Shown: positions 1 through 12,849 of the stretch, piece after piece
How positions within the stretch are numbered: the stretch's first letter is position 1
How the letters are laid out: each line of letters begins with the position of its first letter
Source: Podarcis vaucheri
Taxonomy: Eukaryota
Direction: 5' to 3' (one strand)
DNA: 64,000 bases
NCBI GenBank assembly: GCA_965113315.1
Contig: OZ220376.1
Notes under the pieces: generated by a model
What the model was told of the DNA's origin: nothing
Seen by the model: only the letters and a program-made list of their open reading frames with translations
Database searches by the model: none
Translations under genes and position numbers: made by a program

Positions 1-780
1 ACAAGATGAATTTTAACAGGGAGAAATGTAAAGTATTGCACTTGGGCAAAAAAAATGAGAGGCACAAATACAAGATGGGTGACACCTGGCTTGAGAGCAG
101 TACATGTGAAAAGGATCTAGGAGTCTTGGTTGACCACAAACTTGACATGAGCCAACAGTGTGACGCGGCAGCTAAAAAAGCCAATGCAATTCTGGGCTGC
201 ATCAATAGGAGTATAGCATCTAGATCAAGGGAAGTAATAGTGCCACTGTATTCTGCTCTGGTCAGACCACACCTGGAGTACTGTGTCCAGTTCTGGGCAC
301 CACAATTCAAGAAGGACACTGACAAACTGGAACGTGTCCAGAAGAGGGCAACCAAAATGGTCAAAGGCCTGGAAACGATGCCTTATGAGGAACGGCTAAG
401 GGAGCTGGGCATGTTTAGCCTGGAGAAGAGGAGGTTAAGGGGTGATATGATAGCCATGTTCAAATATATAAAAGGATGTCACATAGAGGAGGGAGAAAGG
501 TTGTTTTCTACTGCTCCAGAGAAGCGGACACGGAGCAATGGATCCAAACTACAAGAAAGAAGATTCCACCTAAACATTCGGAAGAACTTCCTGACAGTAA
601 GAGCTGTTCGACAGTGGAATTTGCTGCCAAGGAGTGTGGTGGAGTCTCCTACTTTGGAGGTCTTTAAGCAGAGGCTTGACAACCATATGTCAGGAGTGCT
701 CTGATGGTGTTTCCTGCTTGGCAGGGGGTTGGACTCGATGGCCCTTGTGGTCTCTTCCAACTCTATGATTCTATTCTATG
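1..780 (+). mobile_element. CR1 LINE 3' end, young family (ORF2 C-terminus plus 3'UTR); continues beyond the window's left edge
   Basis: ORF 6-704 has CR1 ORF2 motifs ([51 protein letters not shown]) with no stops. It ends in the CR1 terminal hairpin region and an (ATTCTRTG)-type tail at about 765-780. Confidence 0.95.
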
Positions 781-1191
781 AAATGGTGCATATGGCATTT
801 TTAACAATATATCAATAACAATAAGCTAGTGGTGATGCTCTGTTTCTACATCAGTTTGCACACATCGTTTTGTGTGCATTTCCTCCTAATATAATTATTA
901 TAGAACACCACTATACCCTTTGCTCATTTTCTGTGCACATTTTTTTTGGCTGGAGTACTGATTCGCAAAAATCGAAATAGAGTTTATTTCAAATGAGAGC
1001 TGAGTTTCAGCACACATATTGTTTTGGAAAATGTGAATTAGGTAGGTTTGCATTTTTAAAAAAAAGCTTTGCGAAGTAGGTAAGTAGGTTAAGAACTTAT
1101 GTTATGCTATTTCACATGGGCTATGGAGTTTATTGCTGGAATGATATTGTGTATAATGTAATACTGCTGCTTAGTATGTATTCATTATGTA

Positions 1192-1441
1192 CAGTCATAC
1201 CTCGGATGTCGAACAGAATCGATTCCAGAAGTTCGTTCGACTTCCAAAACGTTCGGAAACCAAGGCGTGGCTTCTGATTGGCTGCGCGAAGCTCCTGCAG
1301 CCAACTGGAAGCCGCAGAACCCACACCGGACATTCGGGTTCCAAAGAATGTTCACAACCTGGAACACTCGCTTCTGGGTTTGCAGTGTTCGGGAGCCAAA
1401 ACATTCGACTTGCAAGGGGTTCGACTTCCAAGGTTTGACTG
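1192..1441. mobile_element. Tc1/mariner (pogo/Tigger-type) MITE, family C
   Basis: TIRs CAGTCATACCTCGG / CCAAGGTTTGACTG, flanked by TA at 1190-1191 and 1442-1443. Internal palindrome GGCTTCTGATTGGCTGC...GCAGCCAACTGGAAGCC. Confidence 0.85.
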
Positions 1442-1443
1442 TA

Positions 1444-1655
1444 CAGTGGTACCTCTGGTTGCGAATGGGATCCGTTCCGGAAGTACGGCCGGATTCCGAG
1501 GTTTCTGCAACCCGAGGATCACTGTTCTGCGCATGCACATGGAGGTAGACCGCTTCTGCGCATGCGGAGAAACACGGTCTGATACTTCCAGGTATGCTGC
1601 TATAGTAACGTGAAGTTTACGTAACCAGAGGGTTACGTAAGCCGAGGTGCTACTG
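1444..1655. mobile_element. Tc1/mariner MITE, family D, directly abutting the previous MITE
   Basis: TIRs CAGTGGTACCTC / GAGGTGCTACTG, TA at 1442-1443 and 1656-1657. Confidence 0.85.
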
Positions 1656-1741
1656 TATTATGTATTTTTTTTTATTACAATGTATTGCTTTTTATTATGA
1701 ATTGCATTTATATAACTGATTTTCTTTTCATTGCAATTCCT

Positions 1742-1808
1742 GAATTGCAGGGGGTTGCACTAGATGACCCTGGGTCCCTTCCAGCTCTACCATTCTATGT
1801 TTCTATGG
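1742..1808 (+). mobile_element. CR1-type 3' tail fragment
   Basis: gcagggggttgcactagatgacc...cttccagctctaccattctatgtttctatg is homologous to 721-780. Confidence 0.7.
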
Positions 1809-2716
1809 TATTGTATGGCTATTATGTCTCGATATATTTCAGTATGTTCAGTGCTGGGTGTAAACCATCTTGCGTTCTTCTGACAAAGTGCAGCGTAGAC
1901 GTTAATATACAGATATGTGATATACAGAAATTAAATAATAAAAATAAAATGCAGGCTGAACAAATTTCTCCTGCACCTCTAATCTGAACAGAAATGAGAA
2001 GGATGCTGAAAGGGCTCTCCCTGTTCTGGGTCTGAGAGCGCTGGAACTGCAGCACCCCAGATTAGAGAGATCACATCGTATTTTTAGAACAACTGGAGAG
2101 GGAAAGAAGGCAAAGAGAGGTGTGCAGGAGAGCAGTCCTGCTTCTCCCTCAGGTTACAAAAAGGTCAGCAGGTAAAAGAAAAAAGTTTGCAGCACTACAA
2201 TGGAAGAGGGAGAGGTCCACCAATTTAAAGGTTGGCAGTAATCTCAGGATTGAATTTCGCGGCCTCAAAGCCAGGACTGAAGACAAAGAAGGGGGCGGGA
2301 GGGGAGAAGCCAGCCGTGCCAAGCAAGAAAGATGCCCATCCAAAGAACAAACCTGGAAGCAGGAAAGGTGTATTTGGAAGCCTCAAGGTATATGGGACTA
2401 GAGCACCCACCTTTGATGTGTGCTTCTGCAGGACATCCTGATTAAGATCTCACAATAATATCTCAACCAAAGGAGGCTTCGCTAGTCAAAAGGATGTTCC
2501 GGACACCTGTGGCTCTGCTTTCTGGTGGTACATTTAATGACTACCTTCTCCTTTCCCCCCAATAAGGTGGTCCATTGTGTTATGTAATTAAATAAAAGAT
2601 GGGAAGGGAGACGGACATCAGGCTTGGGAAGAGCAATGAGACTGTTGGAAGATCTGTGTCGGGAAAGCAAGTGAGAGGAAATGTGAGGGTGCTATCCAGA
2701 GAAACAGAAGCAACAT

Positions 2717-2955
2717 GAAGAAGAAGAGTTTGGATTTGATATCCCGCTTTATCACTACCCTAAGGAGTCTCAAAGCGGCTAACATTTTCCTTTCCCTTCC
2801 TCCCCCACAACAAACACTCTGTGAGGTGAGTGAGGCTGAGAGACTTCAAAGAAATGTGACTAGCCAAAGGTCACCCAGCAGCTGCATGTGGAGGAGCGGA
2901 GACGCAAACCCGGTTCACCAGATTACGAGTCTACCGCTCTTAACCACTACACCAC
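2717..2955 (-). mobile_element. MIR/Ther1-derived squamate SINE (Squam3-like), 5' slightly truncated
   Basis: Minus strand has a tRNA-like head (GTGGTGTAGTGGTTAAGAGC), a CORE-like segment (CTGGGTGACCTTTGGCTAGTCACA) and a (CTT)n tail. Possible TSD ACATGA at 2713-2718 and 2954-2959. Confidence 0.75.
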
Positions 2956-2971
2956 ATGAGAGATAAAAGTA

Positions 2972-3284
2972 CAGTGATGCCTCGCAAGACGAAATTAATT
3001 CGTTCCGCAAGTTTTTTCGTCTTGCGGTTTTTTTCGTCTTGCGAAACACGGTTTCGGAAAAGTTTCAAAAATCCCCAAAGTCTTCAAAAACCTCAAAAAA
3101 GGCTACCACACCGCGTGCTATGAGTTGCTCCTCGAAGTCAAGTCGCAACTGTATTAACGGTTTTAAGAAAAAGGAAGCAAGCCCATAGGGAAAATCGTCT
3201 TGCGAAGCAACTCAAAAAACCAAAAACCCTTTCGTTTTGCGAGTTTTCCGTCTTGCGAGGCATTCGTCTTGTGAGGTACCACTG
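2972..3284. mobile_element. Tc1/mariner MITE, family B
   Basis: TIRs CAGTGATGCCTCGCAAGACGAA / TTCGTCTTGTGAGGTACCACTG, TA flanks, repeated internal TTCGTCTTGCG motifs. Confidence 0.88.
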
Positions 3285-3915
3285 TACAGGATTGATGGCT
3301 CAATGACTCTCTTCAATATCAAACAGGGGCAAAGACACAGTATAAGAAGCAGGAGGAGCAGTTAAATTCTTAGATGGTGGAATATCATTTTTAAAGACTC
3401 AGCCCTAAGTCACCGCATAAATATAGTTTCAGACAACTTCTCAAGATCTACAGAAGTTAATGTTTTAGTGAAATATGTACTAGTCCTTTGGAACCTAGCA
3501 TAGGGACTGTCTAACCAGCTTCCAGGGACACTCATGGTGGCTAAACGTCTATTGCTTCCTAAGAAGAGCCTGTTGGATCTGTCCAGAGGCCCAGTGGCCT
3601 GTGGGAAACCAGCAAGGACGGTCCGACTACAAGAGTGCTCTGCCCTCCTCCTTTTTCCGGAACAGGATTATTTGGGGGAAGCCATGACTGTTGGAAGTTG
3701 TACCGTGCTACCCACCCCACCGTCCATGGTCAGTGGTCAGTCATGTTGGGAGCTGTAGTCCAATAACATCTGGAGGGCAACAGCCCCTCCCAACCCTGAT
3801 GTACAGGGAGGTAACAAAATAAAAACAGGGAACATGAGAGACTCCATTGTGTCCAACCTGTAGGATATTTGGTTCCCCCTCAATAGAAAACATTGAAAAT
3901 ACTACAAAGGGGAAA

Positions 3916-4135
3916 GGAGCCAGTGTGGTGTAATGGTTAGAATGCTAGACTAGGATATGGGAGGCCAGGGTTTGAATCCCCATGCAGCCGTATAGCTCAG
4001 TGGGTAAACCTGGGCCAGTCACTGTCTCTCAGCCTAACCTACCTACAGGGTTGTTGTGAGGATAAAACAGGGAGTTAAGAACCTTGTACACCGCCTTAAG
4101 CTCCTTGGAGGAAAAGGTGGGAAATAAAGGTAATT
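3916..4135 (+). mobile_element. MIR/Ther1-like CORE-SINE (further copies at about 12110-12305 -, 35880-36105 -, 41320-41460 +, 45520-45700 -)
   Basis: GGAGCCAGTGTGGTGTAATGGTTAGA head, B-box-like GGTTTGAATCCC, ACCTACCTACAGGGTTGTTGTGAGGATAAA core, and an L2-like tail. Confidence 0.75.
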
Positions 4136-5367
4136 TTTTTAAAAAAAGAAAGCTTAGAGAGAATGGGAGGCTCGTTGGGCCTGTTGCTGTTGTTGTTTTT
4201 ATGTGAAGCCACACAAGCTATAAAGTTACAGGTTGGGTTTCGCGTCAACTGCTTGACATTTCAATAGCCTGTTTGGACTGAAGCCACCTAATCGACTGCA
4301 GGGCCACACCCTTCCCTCTCTCCCAACCACCGACTTCTCACTTAAGCCAAAGAACCTTATGCAAAAGCCGGCTAGGAACAACGCAGCCCTTTGCTGTGAA
4401 CCAGGGAGCTGTTTTGCCTGGGATTCAAATAGGCCAGGTAGGCAAACGGGCTTTGCAAATCAGACCGCTCGCCAGCTGGCGGACAGTTAGGCCGCACCCA
4501 GCCCAGGTTGACAAACTGCTTCACAGGGGAAAAGACAGCTCACTTCTGAAAACTTGTTGAATAACATCATTTGGGTGTCCACAGCGCACTGCACATGCAA
4601 AATCCTCCATAATCCCATAAAGTAGATTGTTTAAAGTATTTTTAAAAAATAATAATAATAACTGATGCACCGCTCTGTATCACAATTTCTAAGAGGTGCA
4701 CGGTAAGGATATATTCAAAAACCACAGAAAATCATTTTGGCAAAGTTCGTAGCATAGTGGCAGAGCAGCTGCTTGGCATGCAGAGTCACAGAAATGAAAT
4801 TTGGGGTTTGTCTGTGCTGTGCACACAACGCTATAGAAATAAGTATCACACAATTGTGAGAAGGAAGGGAAGGGGAGAGAACAGGCAAAGCTGACTGAGA
4901 GTATTCTACCCAACAGCTCAGTAAGAAATGAACCAACTCCTTCCTTCCAATGTTCTGGCCAATGAGTGTAAAGCAGGGATGGGGAACCACAAGCCCGGGG
5001 ATCAAATCTACGCCCCCTTGCCACTGAGGCTGTCTGGGCCTCCGAAACGGAGGCTGGCAAACATTGAAACAAAGGCTTCCCAAACCAAAGCAAATGCCTA
5101 CCACCCTTATTGTTTACTGGAGCAGTTACAGGGCTTCACTTATGCTCTTTCCACAATTCTGACAATTGCCCTGTGAGGCAGGTCAATTGCAGACGAAGGG
5201 CTCAGAGTGTGTAGCTTGAATAAGGCCACCCACCGAGGCAACAGCAGAGGTCACAGCTGGTTTTGAGCACAGCCTCTTCTCCACTGTCCTTTTCCAGAGA
5301 GCAGCAAAAGACTGTTAACTCTGGAAGGGAAAAGTGTTTGAGGAGCTAAAGGGCATGTACTACTTCA

Positions 5368-6230
5368 TATAAGGACAGGAGAAGAACCTGCTGGATCAGG
5401 CCAGTGGCCCATTTCGTCCAGCATCCTCTTCACTCAATGGCCAACAAGCACTGGGGAAACCTGCAAGCTGGATGTGAGCGCAACACCATTCTGCCCACCT
5501 GCAATGACTAGCAACTTGTATTCATTGACTTGTTGTTGTTGTTTAGTCGTTCAGTCGTGTCCGACTCTTCGTGACCCCATGGACCAGAGCACGCCAGGCA
5601 CTCCTGTCTTCCACTGCCTCCCTCAGTTTGGTCAAACTCATATTAGTAGCTTCGAGAACACTGTCCAAGCATCTCATCCTCTGTCATCCCCTTCTCGTGC
5701 ACTCCATCTTTCCCAGCATCAGGGTCTTTTCCAGGGAGTCTTCTCTTCTCATGAGGTGGCCAAAATATTGGAGCCTCAGCTTCACAATCTGTCCTTCCAG
5801 TGAGTACTCAGGGCTGATTTCCTTCAGAATGGATAGGTTTGATCTTCTTGCAGTCCATGGGACTCTCAGGAGTCTCCTTCAGCACCATAATTCAAAAGCA
5901 TCAATTCTTCAGTGATCAGCCTTCTTTATGGTCCAGCTCTCACTTCCATACATCACTACCAGGAAAACCATGGCTTTAACTATACGGACCTTTGTTGGCA
6001 AGGTGATATCTCTGCTGTTTCATTGACTTAATACTGCTAATAGTGGAGGCAGGACATAACCATTGTGGCTAGCAGCTCTTCATAGACTTGTCCTCCCTGA
6101 ATTTGCCTAATCCTCTTTTGAAGCCATTCAAGTTGGTGGCCACTACTGCCTCCTGTGGGAGTGAGTTCCAAAGATTAACTCCTGTGCCATGGGAAGAAAC
6201 ACTTTCTTTCCTCCATCCTGAACTCTCCCA
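5368..6230 (-). mobile_element. Old CR1-family 3' fragment with long 3'UTR, interrupted by BovB. Related fragments at about 3530-3690, 6600-6710, 9880-10410, 20380-20760, 28436-28950, 32470-32900, 49078-49266, 49370-49657, 52090-52250, 54345-54655, 56625-56930, 57960-58030, 60130-60290 and 63107-63240
   Basis: Degenerate CR1 ORF2 C-terminus (VNLWNSLPQEAVVATNLNGFKRGL) and the 3' end TGCTGGAC..GATGGGCCACTGGCCTGATCCAGCAGG(TTCTT..)n, seen in many copies. Confidence 0.75.
5532..6017 (-). mobile_element. BovB (RTE clade) LINE, 5'-truncated 3' fragment
   Basis: Reverse complement of the RTE ORF2 end plus a (CAA)n tail; homologous to 62617-63106. TSD TTCATTGACTT at 5521-5531 and about 6019-6029. Confidence 0.9.
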
Positions 6231-6831
6231 ACAATCCACAGACCAATCCTCCACAACATTTCGCCATGGACCAAACAAGTCTTTCTTCAAATGAGCTCTC
6301 TGTTTATCCCAAATATGTTAGAAAACTTCCAGTTCTTTGATCCCAACCCCTCAGTACAAGGAATCTGGAAACTACTGCAGTAAAAAGGTGTGGTTCCTTA
6401 TTAACCGTACTCTGGTTCCTTATTAGTTTTTGTTTATGGAAGAACTGGCTCTGGTAACTCAGTGGTAAAAGTGTCAAGACCTGCTGGGTCTCACTTACTG
6501 GGAAAATGATGCATTTAAAATATATTAATCCTCCCCAGTTTTGTTTTATTGTTATTTTTTATTGGCCCTTTTTGAAGTCCCTCGCTATGATAAATAAAAT
6601 TTTATAAACTTCTATCATGTTGCCTCTTACTCTCCTTTTCCCTAAACTAAAAAGTCCCAAAAGCTGCAACCTTTCCTCATAAGGGAGTCACTCCATCCTC
6701 TTGATCATTTAATATATATTTTGGAGAACTGGCCAGGAATGACAAGCCTGGAAACACTCAAAAAAGAAGTAGCTACTTGGACAGGACAGAGGGCAGAACC
6801 AGTAGCTGCACTGTGATATATTTTGGTATTA

Positions 6832-7176
6832 GTAAAGGTAAAGGGACCCCTGACCATTAGGTCCAGTTGTGGCCGACTCTGGGGTTGCGGCGCTAATCTC
6901 GCTTTATTGGCCGAGGGAGCCGGCGTACAGCTTCCGGGTCATGTGGCCAACATGACTAAGCTGCTTCTGGCAAACCAGAGCAGCGCACGGAAACGCCATT
7001 TACCTTCCCGCCGGAGTGGTACCTATTTATCTACTTGCACTTTGACGTGCTTTCTAACTGCTAGGTTGGCAGGAGCAGGGACCGAGAAATGGAACCTCAC
7101 CCCGTCGCGGGGATTCGAACCACTGACCAGCAAGTCCTAGGCTCTGTGGTTTAACCCACAGCGCCACCCGCATCTC
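6832..7176 (-). mobile_element. Sauria SINE, full length
   Basis: tRNA-related head (GCGGGTGGCGCTGTGGGTTAAACC...GGTTCGAATCCC), BovB-like 3' end, (ACCTTT)n tail. 13-bp TSD TATTTTGGTATTA at 6819-6831 and 7188-7200. Confidence 0.9.
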
Positions 7177-8347
7177 TATTTTTTTTGTATTTTGGTATTA
7201 CTTCCCCCCAAAATAGAAGGGGACGCTCAAAAAAGAAGCTCTATTCCATATCAACCTTGTCGTGCAAACTCACTTCTTTTCATCATATACAGCCTACCTC
7301 ACCCAAGTTCGGCCCCGTTTCACAATGATAAATCCCAAATAATTAAAACGTCATTCACGCATTAAGCCAATATGAGCCCCATTCATGGTGGGGGATTTTT
7401 TTTTTTTTAAGGACAAAAAAATCTTTCAAAAGTAGGGGGAGGGGAGAGGGAGGAAGAGGGATAAATAACTATATTCCTCTCTGCTGAATTTCTCCCTCCC
7501 CTCGTTTCTCTTTATAATGCAGATGTCAGGGTGATGTCCCCACCCCCCCTCTTCTTCTGCAGAATGTCAAAAAAGAACAAAGCCATCTTTGATCCTTTTT
7601 CAGGCCAAAAATTATTCCAAATAAGTTGGAGCTGGGTGGGTTAAGAAAGACGCATACAAACCCCACTGGAACAGCTCGAGATGACAATGAAAGGGAGACT
7701 GATGACCTTAAGCTACGTTTCCAAAATTCATTTGATGCAAGCTTGGTAAACACTGGTTGTGCAGGGCGGATTTGACATGAAAAATTGTAAGAATCCAGAG
7801 TCAACCTGATTATAACAATTCTGAGTCAACCTGAAGAATGTTGTTTATTTTTTTATTCATTTCATTTGTGTACCGCTAAAATTTTTAAGAAAAAAAAATC
7901 CTCAAAGCGGTTAACAGCACATTAAAACATCAAATAAAACAATCGTTACTGCAGAAAGTAAAACATAAAGTATGCATTCAATGCAACAGAATGAGCAAGA
8001 AACTAAAATACTTTGAAATAAATCATCGCTAAAGGAGGTCAACTACGGAATGCACATTTAACGCAGCAAGTGAACAACAACAAATGATCTTAAACATTTC
8101 AAAATAAAACCTTACTGAAATGAGTCAAATATAAAATGCACATTTAAAACAGCATAATTAGCAAGAGGGGGGAAATAATACCATAAGTCTAGAACTTAAT
8201 CTGCAGCTGTTGCTGCCAGTCTTGCCAACAGTGGTCCATGGTGGGTGGTAGCTGTGGAGGCTCAGTGACCTGAATCTGCATTAAGAGGCAGCCACATGAA
8301 ATCGCTCCGTTGGGCAGCTACCTGGGGAGGTGATGGTGACAGCACTA

Positions 8348-8573
8348 CAGCGGTACCTCAGGTTAAGTACTTAATTCGTTCCGGAGGTCCGTTCTTAACT
8401 TGAAACTGTTCTTAACCAAAAGCACTACTTTAGTTAATAGGGCCTCCCGCTGCCACCACGCCACTGGAGCACGATTTCTGTTCTCATCCTGAAGCAAAGT
8501 TCTTAACCCGAGGTGCTATTTCTGGGTTAGCAGAGTGTGTAACCTGAAACGTATGTAACCCGAGGTACCACTG
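8348..8573. mobile_element. Tc1/mariner MITE, family A
   Basis: TIRs CAG(T/C)GGTACCTC(A/G)GGTTA / TAACCCGAGGTACCACTG with TA flanks; six copies in the window. Confidence 0.9.
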
Positions 8574-10002
8574 TATTGGGTCTCTTGCTACCTTTATTGC
8601 CATTTGATAGATTTTCAGCTCTGTGCACAACTCTCCTACCCAAGCCCCACTCAGGGAAAATGACCCTCCATGGAGACAAAGTGAGCAGATTCTTGGAAAG
8701 CATTTTGGTGCTTGCTAAAAACCTTTGTTTGTTTATTTGTTTGTTTGTTTGAGCAAGGCTACCTAGGGATGCAGTTTTTAATACATTTTAGTACAATTGT
8801 TTTTGAAATACTGGTTTTATAGTATATCATATTTAATGGGTTATACTGAATGAGGTTTTGCTCAGCATTATCAGTTGTCTTTTATTTGCTTCTCTCTCCA
8901 ACTCATTCCGCCGCCACCCCACCCCCCGCCACCCCATCCTTTTTATAGACACAAAAAGGAGGAAGACTGAACGAGAGTTTGACTTTGAAGACTTGCTGTG
9001 TTAGGGGTGGGTGAATAGGATTTATGAAAGGTTCTTGGGGTCTTAGCTGCTATGTGCCTTTTTAAGCCGTGGAGAGGCAGGGGCAGGAGGCAGAGAGATA
9101 AAAACCACAGCGTTTTCTTGCCAAAGGGCTATGACTCGGACAAATGAAGCAAGATCAGAAAAGTACAAAGGAGGCTACTAAGAAGTCAAGTATGGGATCT
9201 CCACAGAGTACGGGGCGGCTGCAGCTGGAAGGTCAGAGGTCGGAACGTTGCAGACATCACTTTCCAAAAATTCCCATGAAGCTTCGCTGCAGAAAGTCTG
9301 TCCCTTTCCCATTTCTCATGTACAGATACCGAGGAAGCATTGCAAAAAACAAAAGGAGGAAAGAAAGCGCCCTTTATGTTCCACTCCGGCCCACGTTAAT
9401 GCAATAAAACGAATTGGGATAATTACCCTCCCTTTCAGAGTCCTAACGGCAAAAAGGAGGAAGACGTGGCTGTCAATTAAAGCTGCTGACTGCAGCCCAT
9501 TTTGAGCTTGATTTCAAACACATAGGAATGCAATAAATCCTTGGTTTACAGCATCATATCTAATGTGATTTCAGAGCTGGAGAGCCTGCAATGTCAAAAT
9601 TCAAAGCAATTTGGAGAGCAGAGGGAGGAAGAGGGCTCATCTGACTTCTCAGCTAATCAGATTTCCACCTTTTCCAGTAAGTGCTTTTGCGAAGCTGCAC
9701 AAAAGAATGGAAAACCCAAAAAAGTAACAAAGGGGTAGGGGAATAATGTTATATTTGAAAGTTTAACTTTGTGCAATAGCCTTCACAGGATCTGTACACA
9801 GGCTGCAACCATAGAGCAGTTTTCCACCAGTACCTCCAACGGTGCCTGTGAAAGTTTTCTTGAGTTCCACCCAGAATTCATGGGCATCCAATGAATCTGC
9901 ATGTTGAAAGATTCGGGACAAGAAAAAGGAAGAACTGCCTCACACAGTACATAGTTAAACTGTTGAACTTGTTCCCACAGGAAGAAGCGATGGCCACCAA
10001 CT

Positions 10003-10347
10003 TAAAGGTAAAGGGACCCCTGACCATTAGGTCCAGTCGCAGATGACTTTGGGTTGCGGCACTCATCTCGTTTTATTGGCCAAGGGAGCCGGCGTACAGC
10101 TTCCGGGTCATGTGGCCAGCATGACTAAGCCGCTTCTGGCGAACCAGAGCAGTGCACAGAAACGCCGTTTACCTTCCCGTCGGAGCGGTACCTATTTTTT
10201 ATCTACTTGCACTTTGACATGCTTTCAAACTGCTAGGTTGGCAGGAGCAGGGACTGAGGAACGGGAGCTCACCCCGTTGCGGGGATTCAAACCGCCAACC
10301 TTCTGATCGGCAAGCCCTAGGCTCTGTGGTTTAACCCACAGGGCCAC
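10003..10347 (-). mobile_element. Sauria SINE inserted into an old CR1 fragment
   Basis: High similarity to 6832-7176. The host CR1 reads through on both sides (GATGGCCACCAACTT | TGGCTTTAAAAGAGG). Confidence 0.9.
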
Positions 10348-10955
10348 TGGCTTTAAAAGAGGACTGGACAAATTGATGAAGGATGTAAAGGCTATCAGTG
10401 GCTAACATGACACTTTCTCAACATTCTGAAGGTGGCCATAATCTTGGAGTCCCCTGCAATAGAGGTCATGGGCCTGCCTTTGGAAGAAAGGGGAGGATAA
10501 AATGTAATGAAATGAAAGATAAACAAGCAAATATAGTAAGAGTGAACTCACATTCTTGGCATAGGTCCTTCTGTACGCAAAATGACCCACAAGAGGAAGC
10601 CATTGAGGTGGGGGACCAGAAGCTTTGCGGAAACACAAAAGATGGTGAGGAGATGGGCTCTAAATGGAGGGGGTGACAGTTCAGTAAGGACAGGGCATTC
10701 TCAGCAGCCAGTGAATGATCAGCATCGCGGGGGGGGGGCAGAATGGAAAACCAGGGAGGGTGAAATGGAAAAAAGTTTCCTGAAAGAAGACATGGCCAAC
10801 TGGCACCTAAGCAGAAGCACGCGGCTCTGCAACATTCTGCTGCAGGGCAGGGTCCACATGTTATAAAATCATATTGTGGGCTTTTCGAAAACCGTTTTTT
10901 TGCTTGCCTTCCAAGGATGATGGAAGAGTAAAGGTGAAACACAGTTAAGAGAGTA

Positions 10956-11181
10956 CAGTGGTACCTCGGGTTACATACGCTTCAGGTTACAGACTCTGCT
11001 AACCCAGAAATCGTGCTTCAGGTTAAGAACTTTGCTTCAGGATGAGAACAGAAATCGTGCTCCGGCAGCGCAGCGGCAGCAGGAGGCCCCATTAGCTAAA
11101 GTGATGCTTCAGGTTAAGAACAGTTTCAGGTTAAGAACAGGCCTCCGGAATGAATTAAGTACTTAACCCGAGGTACCACTG
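10956..11181. mobile_element. Tc1/mariner MITE, family A
   Basis: Perfect CAGTGGTACCTCGGGTTA TIRs, TA TSD. Confidence 0.9.
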
Positions 11182-12512
11182 TAGCAGGAAAGAGGCTGTT
11201 TTCTTCATTCCCTGCACCAAGAGCTTTTCATCCTGGCTGGAACAGACTACAGGGCTCGTTGGACCTTACTAGCCTGACCTAGCAAGACAATTCATCTGTG
11301 AGTCAGCTTCCAGTAAGCTAGAGAAGAACTGGTGTGGATTTGGCCATGAGTTCAACAGCTGCCCCATTCTTCCCCATTCTTGCTCCTGGGACCGTTTTAA
11401 CTTTACATAACCTGCCTGCACTGCACCAAATACACACACACACACACACGTGTGTGTAGGATAAATATGAAGAATCACTGAAGATTTGTAACACCTGCAA
11501 GAAGGGAATTCTGTGCATTTATTTTAACCAAGTACTGTTGGCTTGCAGCTGCCTAAGACGTTCAGCTATGAATCTGGGAATATGTACAATTCACAGAGTG
11601 TCTCTCCCTGTCCTTAAAAGATCTGAGCTTTCGGTTATCCGGAGAGCCATAACTCTCCAGGTGTCTTCCGAGTGAGTTCTCGGTGAAACAGATGAAGCCC
11701 CAAGAGCAGCTTTTTATGTCTCACTTGTTGATATATAAGTAGCAGGCATCTGAGAGGGGGGAAGATGGAAAGGTCATTAAAGGGAGAGGGGATTTTAATC
11801 CAGGCTGGCGTGGATCAGTGATTAATGGCACCTCAGGCAGCGCCATGCCCCAAGTTATGTGTACGATCCCTTCTGGACTAGGATAACAAGGCTGACAGCC
11901 CACAGCACAGCGCAAGCTTAACGCGTGAAACCAGCATTTCCTCCCGGACCACACATGTGCACCTGTTGCAATGCTGCCTGCAGCTGAGGAATGGGCAGCA
12001 GTTAAACATAGACAGAGAAGGGGCTGCCGGTACTGCCACCAGCAGGGTGTGTTTCTGGTTGCATGGAACATGCACATACAACTCCAGCAGTTTGTGTGTG
12101 TTATTACATTTATATCCTATCTGCTTTCATCTAAGGAGCTCAAGGTGGCATACAAAGTTCTCCCCTCCTGCCAATTTAATCTTGTGAGGTAGGTGAGACC
12201 AAGAATGACTGGCCCAAGGTCACACCGCGAGTTTCATGGCTCAGTCGGTATTCGAACTCTGGCCCCGCAGGTCCAGCACTCTAACTGCAATACCACACTG
12301 GCTCTCATACCATTCTGGGAACTGTAGTTTGTTAAGAGTTGCTAGGAGGCCCCTATTCCCCTCATGCAGCTAAAATTCCCATTGTTCACAAGAGTGACTC
12401 TTATACCACTCTGTTAAACTGAACTGACTGGTCCAAAATCAACCTTGAACCTAGCCCCTTTGAGGAAACGGTGGGATAAAAATGCAATAAATACATAATA
12501 AATAAATAAATA

Positions 12513-12727
12513 CAGTGGTACCTCGGGTTAAGAACTTAATTCGTTCTGGAGGCCCTTTCTTAACCTGAAACTGTTCTTAACCTGAAGCACCACTTTAGCT
12601 AATGGGGCCTCCCGCTGCCGCTGCACGATTTCTGTTCACATCCTGAAGCAAAGTTCTTAACCCGAGGTAATATTTCTGGGTTAGCGGAGTCTGTAACCTG
12701 AAGCGTCTGTAACCCGAGGTAGCACTG
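12513..12727. mobile_element. Tc1/mariner MITE, family A
   Basis: TIRs and TA TSD; inserted in the (AAAT)n tail of an older SINE/L2 end. Confidence 0.9.
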
Positions 12728-12849
12728 TATGTGAATGGGCTAAATGAATTCCTGGTTTCCACAACAACACTGGAAATGTGCAGGATTTACTATTGAAAGC
12801 AACAAGTTGTTTTTGTTTTCTTTGTTTTCTAAAGAGAATGGCAAAATGC

